Both the position numbers and the translations under genes were made by a program. Source: an uncultured archaeon (GTDB taxonomy: Archaea; Asgardarchaeota; Thorarchaeia; Thorarchaeales; Thorarchaeaceae). From it: DNA of 32,000 nucleotides. Under the pieces are notes generated by a model. That model searched no databases, was not told the DNA's origin, and worked only from the letters and a program-made list of their open reading frames with translations. The stretch covers positions 90,001 to 122,000 of the forward strand of contig CAYHAA010000004.1 of the NCBI GenBank assembly GCA_964354495.1, written 5' to 3'. Shown piece by piece: positions 1 through 7,569 of the stretch (the first letter of the stretch is position 1; each line of letters opens with the position of its first letter).

Positions 1-50
1 ATTATCTATTCCTTCACTTCGCCTGCAGGACTGAGCCGGTGATTCTAAGT

Positions 51-317
51 ATGGTGAAGGCGTACATTCTGATCAAAGCCGACGTTGGACAGGAAGATAG
101 TGTTCTCAGGGAGGTACTCAAACTCTCGGTTACAGAAGAGGCACACAAGGTCTTTGGGCCCTATGATATTGTCGCGGAAGTGCGAGGCCGTGACATGGAA
201 ACCCTCGTGGAGGTAATCACCGAAAAGGTCCGCAAAATCAAAGGTATTGCAGACACACAGTCAATTCTCGTGGTAGACAGCGAGATAGATATGACCTCGA
301 CGAGCTTGGCATCCTAG
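51..317 (+). CDS. Stand-alone Lrp/AsnC ligand-binding (RAM) domain protein
   Basis: AYILIKADVGQEDSV...EAHKVFGPYDIVAEV...VRKIKGIADTQS matches the Lrp/AsnC C-terminal pattern (AYILI...G.YDIIA.V...IR.I.GV..T.T); no HTH. ATG at 51 preferred over GTG at 39. Confidence 0.75.
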   Translation: MVKAYILIKADVGQEDSVLREVLKLSVTEEAHKVFGPYDIVAEVRGRDMETLVEVITEKVRKIKGIADTQSILVVDSEIDMTSTSLAS

Positions 318-422
318 AAGAACTCGCAAAAGAAGAGCGAGTCTGTCCAAGAATTTCTTAATAGCAGTGATTGCTAGGATGCTCTAGGGACAATACTATA
401 TCTAAGGAGGCCCTGTTCTATA

Positions 423-1217
423 ATGAAGACCCTATCAAGGAAAGCGTTCATGCTGATGTTGCTCGATGATTCAGGGGAGGTCAGTCCAGTACCATTGGAT
501 CCTGGACTAGTAAACAGCGATAATGCTGCAATCGTACTCGATGAATACAACGACACATGCTGGACGTGGATTGGCCGCCATGTCAGCATGCCAACCAGAA
601 TGCATGCAATACGCATGGCGAGAGGAATCCAGAAGTCTGGATACAAGATCGGTGTGACCACTATTGGGCTTGCTTCTGGAAAGATTGTGGAAATGATGGA
701 GAAGGATGACACTGACCCAGATGTCGCAAGCAACATCATGTCCTTCAGAAACACACTAGACCAAAGATGGAGCTTTGATGACAAGGTACTGGCCTACAAG
801 AGGGAAGCATCAGCTGCACGTGAGAAGCCTATTGCTGGAGCTCCAACCAAGAAACGTGTTCCAGAAGCTGAACCTGTGGCAAGAGCTAAGCCCGTTAGAG
901 AGGAAAAAGCAAGGCCACAGTATGTAACGCCAAGACCAGAACCTGCTCCTAGTTCAGCACCTGCACCATCAGTGACGTTGGCTGAGAAGAAAGCAGGATA
1001 TCTCATGATGGCCACAATCAAGAACTCAGACATAGTCTACACTGAAAGAATTGACCGAAGTGGAACACCCGGAATGAAGATCGAAGTTCCAGGAGTGATG
1101 GTGATTGAGGTTCTCATGAAAGACCATGAAATCAGTATCACACCAGGAGACTTTGGTGGTTCGGAAGTAGCTCTAAAGATTAAGTCTGATTTCATGAAGA
1201 TGGTCAAGACTCTATGA
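423..1217 (+). CDS. Gelsolin-like domain protein with Pro/Ala-rich linker and unknown C-terminal domain
   Basis: EVSPVPLDPGLVNSDNAAIVLDEYNDTCWTWIGRHVSMPTRMHAIRMARGI resembles the gelsolin repeat consensus (EVP.S.SSLNSGD.FILD...IYVWIGK.SS..EK..A...A). Followed by a PEAEP...PRPEPAPSSAPAPS linker and a ~80 aa domain. Confidence 0.6.
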   Translation: MKTLSRKAFMLMLLDDSGEVSPVPLDPGLVNSDNAAIVLDEYNDTCWTWIGRHVSMPTRMHAIRMARGIQKSGYKIGVTTIGLASGKIVEMMEKDDTDPDVASNIMSFRNTLDQRWSFDDKVLAYKREASAAREKPIAGAPTKKRVPEAEPVARAKPVREEKARPQYVTPRPEPAPSSAPAPSVTLAEKKAGYLMMATIKNSDIVYTERIDRSGTPGMKIEVPGVMVIEVLMKDHEISITPGDFGGSEVALKIKSDFMKMVKTL

Positions 1218-1253
1218 ATCTAGACTAGCAGAAAGTGCCGCAGGATGCCGGAA

Positions 1254-2033
1254 TCAACAGCTGCGGCATTCGCTTTCTTTTCCTTTAATTAGCTCTCGGT
1301 TCCAGTATCTATAGGCGCTCTTGAAACCCAGTTTTGTATAGAGACTCTTTGCCTCAGTATTACCTGTTTCGACCTGGAGATAGGCACGCTCAGCCCCGAA
1401 CTCCTGTGCCCATGTGCCCAATTCCCTGCTTATTGCGGTTGCAGCTCCTCTATTCCTCATGTCGGGAAGTGTAGCTACGCTGAACACACCCAACCAAGGG
1501 CCCTCAACAACTCCAAAGCCAACTGATGCAATGGCTCCATCTATTGAGGCCTTGGCGTAAGTGTGGGGTTGATTTGTTCTCTTCATGATTGCGAAGCGAG
1601 TAGTCATTGTTGAGGGCTCATGGCCTGATGCTATGCCGTAGGTATCAATCCACTCATCAGTCATCTCGGGGAGTGTTTCGGTTTCACATTCAGATCGAGC
1701 TCCAGCAAGCGTCGATAGGTCAGCGGTCCAGACATCTACTTGAAGGCCTACTGAAAATCCCCTCTGTGCCAACTCTTCGTCAAGTTCCCTCGGCTGACTT
1801 GCTTCGGTCATCTGAAAACTAGGAGTGAGGTCTCTACAAACATAGAACTCAACTGCTGAGTCAATGGCAAGAGAAAGTGGCAGACCGGGAAACTTCAGGG
1901 GTAGTACACTGTTTGCGCGTCTGGTCACCCCATGGTCGGCCCTCAGTAGCCAACCGCCCAGCCGCATCTTCTCCTCAGCCACCCAGGCATTGTGACTGAG
2001 CAACTCCAATTCCCTAATTGTTCGATTGTCCAT
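1254..2033 (-). CDS. GNAT family N-acetyltransferase (two-lobed)
   Basis: GWLLRADHGVTRRANSV N-terminus; acetyl-CoA motif VATLPDMRNRGAA; AYLQVETGNTEAKSLYTKLGF. Confidence 0.85.
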   Translation of the reverse strand: MDNRTIRELELLSHNAWVAEEKMRLGGWLLRADHGVTRRANSVLPLKFPGLPLSLAIDSAVEFYVCRDLTPSFQMTEASQPRELDEELAQRGFSVGLQVDVWTADLSTLAGARSECETETLPEMTDEWIDTYGIASGHEPSTMTTRFAIMKRTNQPHTYAKASIDGAIASVGFGVVEGPWLGVFSVATLPDMRNRGAATAISRELGTWAQEFGAERAYLQVETGNTEAKSLYTKLGFKSAYRYWNRELIKGKESECRSC

Positions 2034-2115
2034 TGCATCCTAACCTCATTTGTTCGCTCGTAACTATCATCAACATTGATTTAACGAGCATGATATGAAC
2101 ATGTATTGGGAAGCC

Positions 2116-2802
2116 ATGAGTATTCAGCAGCTAGTCCGGGAGTTCGCACCACTTCTTCGCTTTCACCCAAGAGAGGGCGAACACTGCTGTTTTCCATCAG
2201 ACGCGGAGGACGTCTTTGAACGCTTTCATGGAGACTAGACTCTATTCAGAGAGGACAAGGCACCGAAGAGGCTTGACAAGACGGCGCCCTGCTACTTTGA
2301 AACATGGACTGATGACAGTCTTATTCAGATTCGTTATTGGATATGGTACAATTACAACGATTTCCCAGCGGGACCCCTTGGAATTGGCAAGCATCTGGGG
2401 GATTGGGAGCACATTGAAGTACGACTCTTTGAACGACATGACCCGGTCTGGCTACTATCAAACCATGGTAGTGCGAGAACTGCAGCAAGGAATGGGACAT
2501 TTCCGGGATTTACGACAGAGGCTGCTATACTGGAGGAAACTCATCTCCATGCATGGGTAGCTCTTGGATATCATGCATATTATCCGTCACCGACCAGTGA
2601 ACCGAGATGCTATGCTCGATTGTTCTGTGACAAGATTGCAGATAACGGCGAAGTCTGGCATACAGAGCAGAACCTGAAACTACTTGCTGGCACCAACTTC
2701 AATGCATTCAAGGGGCGCTGGGGAGATCAGAGGTCTCCAAGGAGTCCAATGAATGAGTGCAACAACCGGTGGCGCAATGCACCAGACCTTCGACCTGTCT
2801 AA
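2116..2802 (+). pseudogene. Vps62-like protein interrupted by one in-frame TAG (2236-2238); pseudogene or amber readthrough
   Basis: Manual translation from ATG 2116: MSIQQLVREFAPLLRFHPRE...FHGD*TLFRED...IRYWIWYNYND...GKHLGDWEHIEVRL...SNHGS...VALGYHAYYP...FKGRWG...RPV*. The frame is continuous to the stop at 2802 apart from TAG at codon 41. FAP.LRFH, YW.WY.YN, H.GDWEH and F.GRWG are Vps62-like motifs. Not shown as one ORF in the supplied track. Confidence 0.65.
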
Positions 2803-3347
2803 TTACCTTCATGATTGGCCTCAGGACACCAAGGAGTACGGCGTGGAATCCATCGCGGCACATTTTCCATATAGAGTCGAAAATCGTCTCCAAAACGTGC
2901 AAGAAGAGCAGGTTCCTCAGACTTGATGAAGTAGATATGATTCATTGCCCAAGCAAGGGCAAACCAGAAGAAGATGGAGAGCGACGAAAAGAGAATTGAT
3001 TCGCCAAGGAGTACTATCAAGACGCTGGATAACATAGGACTTCGAGTTCTTCTATAGGGCCCCTCCACGACGATCTTCTGAGTGGGAGCCCACGGAGCCA
3101 GAGTACCTTGTCCGATTCTTGAAAGCAATCGAATGCATACAACTAGAAGAGCGACTCCAGAGAACATAAGCGCGAAGCCCACTACCATCAGAAGGATGTT
3201 GATTACGGGATCAAACTCCCAGGCAAGGGAACAATCAGTACTGAGTATCAATAGAAAAGCAGGAATAATGATAAGCACGACAAAGGGCAGCACAAAGGAA
3301 AAGGGATGATCACGTCTACTCATCGCGCTCTCATCCATTGAGTACAT
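2799..3347 (-). CDS. Isoprenylcysteine carboxyl methyltransferase / PEMT family membrane protein
   Basis: TM helices plus GTLAPWAP...VVEGPYRRTRSPM and EEPALLARFGDDF..Y...VPRWIP motifs. Start overlaps the nadB stop (TGATG). Confidence 0.8.
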   Translation of the reverse strand: MYSMDESAMSRRDHPFSFVLPFVVLIIIPAFLLILSTDCSLAWEFDPVINILLMVVGFALMFSGVALLVVCIRLLSRIGQGTLAPWAPTQKIVVEGPYRRTRSPMLSSVLIVLLGESILFSSLSIFFWFALAWAMNHIYFIKSEEPALLARFGDDFRLYMENVPRWIPRRTPWCPEANHEGN

Positions 3348-4942
3348 CAGCTAACGGGATTGTAGCCTTTGCGCATAATCGTATCTACAATCTGTGATGA
3401 CTGCTCCGGAAAATCCTTGTTGTAATGGGCGCCCCTGCTCTCCTTCCGCATCCGGGCCATCTTGATAATCAACTCAGCAACAAGTGCAATATTTCTCAAC
3501 TCAACGAGATCGGGAGTGATGCGGAAGTCCCAGTAGAACTCATTGATCTCACGCATCATGAAGTCAATTCGATTTCTGGCACGTATGAGCCGCTTATTTG
3601 AACGAACAATACCGACATAGTTGATCATCAAGCGACGTATCTCTTCCCAGAGATGAGATATCACAACAAGCTCGTCTGAATCAGTGGCTTCACCGGGATC
3701 CCATGGGGGAATTTCAATCTTCGCGATTCTTTTCTTGATTCCCTTTGCAGCCGCAACGGAAGCATTGTGTGCTGTGACGGTGGCCTCAAGGAGTGAGTTT
3801 GAAGCAAGTCTATTCGCACCGTGGAAACCTGTGCATGCAGTCTCCCCTATCGCGTAGAGACCTGCAACATCGGTCGTCCCGTTGATATCAACTCGTACAC
3901 CCCCCATCATATAGTGCGCAGCAGGAACCACCGGAATTGGCTCTTTTGTGATGTCAATCCCAGCCTTCAGACATGTTTCGTATATCTGCGGGAATCGCGA
4001 TTTTATGTATTTAGCATCCCGAAATGAGATGTCGAGCCAGACATGATCAGCACCTGTCTTCTTCAGCTCATTGTCTATTGCACGAGCAACGACATCGCGT
4101 GGTGCCAACTCGGCATCCTTATGGTACTCGGGCATGAATCGCCTTCCGTCGCGATCAAGCAGACGTGCTCCTTCACCACGAAGAGCCTCGGAAATCAGGA
4201 ATGAACGAATCTGTGGATGGAATAGGAGCGTGGGATGGAACTGGACCATCTCAAGATTCATCACGCTTGCACCAGCGCGAAAGGCCATGGCAATACCGTC
4301 ACCGGTAGCAACATCAGGATTACTTGTATAGAGAAACACCCTTCCAGATCCTCCAGTGGCAAGGATAGTTACTTTAGCTGAGAAACGTTCCACGTCGCCC
4401 GTATTCTTGTCAAGGACATAGGCACCATACACACGATTGCTCTGCACATAGAGATTGACAGCCATATGATTCTCGAACACGGTTATGCCTTTAGTGGACT
4501 CTATCTGCTTTGCTAATGCAAGCTCGATGTCTTCACCAGTGTGGTCCTTTACATGCAGCACCCGCCTCATACCGTGTCCACCCTCAAGACCGAGTTCGTA
4601 CTCATCAGACCCTTCCTTCCGGGCGAAGTCTACACCCAAGGCAGACAGTTCAGTGATACGCTCTGGTCCAGCACGCACGATGCTCTCAACGACGTTACGA
4701 TGACAGAGCCCATCGCCCACACGCAGTGTATCCTGAATATGGTTCTCTATCGAATCTTCGGATGAAACAACCGCAGCTATACCACCTTGGGCTCGTGCTG
4801 TGGAGGACTCTGTAAGCCGGTCCTTCGTGATGATGTGGACTGTACCGTGCTTGGCAGCCTTGAGGGAAAACAACAGGCCGGCGAGTCCACTGCCAATCAC
4901 AAGAAAGTCCGATGAATAGACTTTGTCTGACAGCCTTGTCAT
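3347..4942 (-). CDS. nadB: L-aspartate oxidase
   Basis: FAD motif VIGSGLAGL, AQGGIAAV, EGGHGMRRVLH, QFHPT, SEALRGEG, LAPRDVVARAI, HYMMGG, HGANRLASNSLLE, ESRGAHY. Confidence 0.95.
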   Translation of the reverse strand: MTRLSDKVYSSDFLVIGSGLAGLLFSLKAAKHGTVHIITKDRLTESSTARAQGGIAAVVSSEDSIENHIQDTLRVGDGLCHRNVVESIVRAGPERITELSALGVDFARKEGSDEYELGLEGGHGMRRVLHVKDHTGEDIELALAKQIESTKGITVFENHMAVNLYVQSNRVYGAYVLDKNTGDVERFSAKVTILATGGSGRVFLYTSNPDVATGDGIAMAFRAGASVMNLEMVQFHPTLLFHPQIRSFLISEALRGEGARLLDRDGRRFMPEYHKDAELAPRDVVARAIDNELKKTGADHVWLDISFRDAKYIKSRFPQIYETCLKAGIDITKEPIPVVPAAHYMMGGVRVDINGTTDVAGLYAIGETACTGFHGANRLASNSLLEATVTAHNASVAAAKGIKKRIAKIEIPPWDPGEATDSDELVVISHLWEEIRRLMINYVGIVRSNKRLIRARNRIDFMMREINEFYWDFRITPDLVELRNIALVAELIIKMARMRKESRGAHYNKDFPEQSSQIVDTIMRKGYNPVS

Positions 4943-4975
4943 CTCCTATGTGCTATAGAGTCTGAAACCGTAGGG

Positions 4976-4998
4976 CTACTTGAAGCTTCTTGAAGTAG
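4976..4998. promoter_or_regulatory. Imperfect inverted repeat in the divergent nadB promoter region
   Basis: CTACTT-GAAGCTTCTTG-AAGTAG: 6-bp arms, internal palindrome GAAGCTTC and a CTTGAAG direct repeat, about 35 nt upstream of the nadB start. Confidence 0.3.
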
Positions 4999-5054
4999 AA
5001 ATACATTAACCTCGGAACAGCTCCGTAAGGAGCAGAGATAGAGGAGGAAAAACA

Positions 5055-5753
5055 GTGACTACCTGTGAGGAGTGCAAACGGTTCGGGTACTCTAGAACAG
5101 ATCAAGTTTCGTACCCCTGCGCTCTCTGTGGTGAGCTACGATGCATGGACCATATGATTTGGGTTCCCGCCCATGAGCTTGAGAAACCATTCGACGAAGC
5201 AAAGGCAATCACCAGTCTCATGACATACAAGAAGGTCGGAGGATGGTATGGATTCTGCGGGAGTCCTTCTCATATTCCTCGTGGACTTCCAATCCGGCAT
5301 GGAAAAGAGAGAGAGGGCGGAAAGGTGGTCAATCCGATTCTGGACCATGAGAAGAAGCCAGGTCTGGAGTGTTTCCAAAGGTGGGAAGTGGGGGCTATTG
5401 AGAACGGCTTTGAGACCAATTGGGAAGTCAAGCAATACGCTCTCTCATGCTCGTTTGCCCCGATCATGATGCTAATCGCAAACATGTTTCTGAGGGGGAG
5501 CAATCCCTCTACATTTTTGGAGCGTCTCTACGACTCAGCCTTCAGAGCCTTTGGTAGCAAGAAGACTTCATTCTTCTTGGAAACATGGGATGATTTCTCG
5601 AAATCGGTGGGTGGCAGACCCGACAAGGAGAGCCTGATTAAGTACACTTGTTCAAGGTGCTCTGTCATTCCATGTATGAACAGGCAGGCACCATTCTATG
5701 ACGGCAAGATGTTGAAGAGAATAGCCAAAGAGCCCAATCTGCCGCCAACTTGA
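5055..5753 (+). CDS. Hypothetical Cys/His-rich (probable Zn-binding) protein
   Basis: CEEC, CALC...CMDH, FCG..SH and CSRC...PC motifs; GTG start preceded by GAGGAGG. Family not recognised. Confidence 0.6.
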   Translation: MTTCEECKRFGYSRTDQVSYPCALCGELRCMDHMIWVPAHELEKPFDEAKAITSLMTYKKVGGWYGFCGSPSHIPRGLPIRHGKEREGGKVVNPILDHEKKPGLECFQRWEVGAIENGFETNWEVKQYALSCSFAPIMMLIANMFLRGSNPSTFLERLYDSAFRAFGSKKTSFFLETWDDFSKSVGGRPDKESLIKYTCSRCSVIPCMNRQAPFYDGKMLKRIAKEPNLPPT

Positions 5754-5890
5754 TACGTGCCAGAGAATCATTGACATTCTTGTAGACGACAGCAAGAATT
5801 GCAGCACTAGAGGTTTTGACCGGAGATTCTCAGCGAGCAATACAGCTTCGTCAAGGAGCCATAGAATCCCCCAAAATGCAGGTTTAATCC

Positions 5891-6562
5891 CTAACCAGCA
5901 GTAGTCCCACAGTATTCACATGTAGCCATCTTGCCTGAGCGTAATGCTGATGCCTGCTGAGGATTGAACTTCGATCCACACATCGGGCACAACCATACTC
6001 TGACCTCGCCAGCTGACCCATCAGCCAGAGCTTCAGCCCCAATCTCAGATAGTGCTCGTTCAACCCAGCTTGCTGGCGTTGCTTGGCTCATCGCGCGAAA
6101 TAGCGTGAGAGCTTCCTGATAGAGCAGTTTTGCCTCATCCAGTTTTGCAAGACCTCTAAGAGCAGTGCCAAGTCCGAAAGCGTTCCATGCAGTATACCAT
6201 TTATCAGCAACCTTCTTTGCGAGATCCAGTCCACTCCGGAAATACTGCTGAGCAACGGGGTAATTCATCCTATGCAAAGAGATCTGCCCTAGCCCCCACG
6301 ATGCAGCAGATTGATACCAGAAGCTGGATATCTTTACACTGTCCAAGAGGAGTACCTTGTAGAGATTCTCAGCGCTCTTCAACTCCTGAGCATTGAGTGT
6401 GCAATCAGCCATCACGCGTAGAGCTTCGACTGCCCTCTCATTCTTGCCTTCTCTCTCAAACTTCTTCATTGCAGTTTCGGCTTCCATCATTCCCTTTTTG
6501 AAATCTGATGCTTGATGAAGTTTCACAGCATTGCTCAGGTGTTCTTCAGAAGTGGGGGACAT
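5891..6562 (-). CDS. TPR-repeat protein with C-terminal zinc ribbon
   Basis: Helical repeats (AASWGLGQISLHRMNYPVAQQYFRSGLDLA; NAFGLGTALRGLAKLDEAKLLYQEALTLF) followed by CPMCG...CEYCG. Confidence 0.75.
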   Translation of the reverse strand: MSPTSEEHLSNAVKLHQASDFKKGMMEAETAMKKFEREGKNERAVEALRVMADCTLNAQELKSAENLYKVLLLDSVKISSFWYQSAASWGLGQISLHRMNYPVAQQYFRSGLDLAKKVADKWYTAWNAFGLGTALRGLAKLDEAKLLYQEALTLFRAMSQATPASWVERALSEIGAEALADGSAGEVRVWLCPMCGSKFNPQQASALRSGKMATCEYCGTTAG

Positions 6563-6603
6563 GCCGGTTCATCTCTCAACCTAAGATATCAAGTCATTGG
6601 TCA

Positions 6604-7518
6604 CTATGCAGTTACACGAGTTTCATTTGCACCAGCAAATTTCACTAATGCAACTCCAACCAGAGCAATAGCTCCAGCAATGAGGGTGATGACCTCGGGA
6701 GGTTCACCCAATGCAAAGTCGCCTGCGACACTAACGAATGGCACAAGAAAGAGAAAGGATGATGCTTTAGGAGCACCAAGCAACTCGATAGAAGAAAAAT
6801 AGAGCACGTATGCTAGACCTGAGGCGAGGACGCCCGAGAACAACAGCCCAGTCACGAACCAAGCATCCAGCACCAGAATGAGAGAGGCCCCATCCAAGAC
6901 CATGAGCAACATAATTGGCAGAATCATTACTGTAGACGCTACGTGCTTAACAGTCATGACGATGTACCTGTTTGCTCCATCTAGATAATGCAGTGTGATT
7001 GTGTAAGCTCCCCAAGCAATCATACCAATCAGCGCAAGAACAATACCAAGCTCGAGTCCTGGAGAGAGCGCGACAGAGTTCCAGAGAAATGTCAAGCCAC
7101 CCACAAGACCAAGAATGAATCCGCACACCTTGAGGATGGTAACCCGTTCCCGCAGATAATAGACGCCATACAGAAAGACGAGAAAAGGACAGAGGTTCAC
7201 AATAATGGAAGTGGTTCCAGAGCTCACGAATTCAGCACTCGAATGAATAGCAATCACAAAGACAGAAGAGAAGAAGGCACTGAGGAGGAGGATGGCCTTG
7301 TATGGCCGTGTTTCTTCTCGTATTTCAGAAATGCCTCTGCCTTGGTATATCATCACGAAGACCATCGTGACAGCACCTAATAGATATCTGAAGAACGCAA
7401 AGAGAATACCTGAAACACGAACAGGCTCTATCCCGGAGAGAAGACGAGAAACAACATAATTAGCTCCCCAGAGAAGGATGATGACTGCAAGCAAGAGATA
7501 CGGGCGTCTCGATATCAC
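6604..7518 (-). CDS. EamA/DMT family transporter
   Basis: About 10 hydrophobic helices in two repeats; LLWGANY, FFRY, YLRERV..LK..G..LGLVG, LAYVLYF..IELLGA..AS motifs. Confidence 0.9.
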   Translation of the reverse strand: MISRRPYLLLAVIILLWGANYVVSRLLSGIEPVRVSGILFAFFRYLLGAVTMVFVMIYQGRGISEIREETRPYKAILLLSAFFSSVFVIAIHSSAEFVSSGTTSIIVNLCPFLVFLYGVYYLRERVTILKVCGFILGLVGGLTFLWNSVALSPGLELGIVLALIGMIAWGAYTITLHYLDGANRYIVMTVKHVASTVMILPIMLLMVLDGASLILVLDAWFVTGLLFSGVLASGLAYVLYFSSIELLGAPKASSFLFLVPFVSVAGDFALGEPPEVITLIAGAIALVGVALVKFAGANETRVTA

Positions 7519-7569
7519 AAGCTGGCGAGCAAATCTAGACTACTTAGCACTAGCGGTAGAGCTGGCAGG

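Noticed and set aside
2216-2560. 114-aa ORF from the supplied track
   Set aside because: Out-of-frame shadow of the Vps62-like frame (2116-2802), which carries the recognisable motifs.
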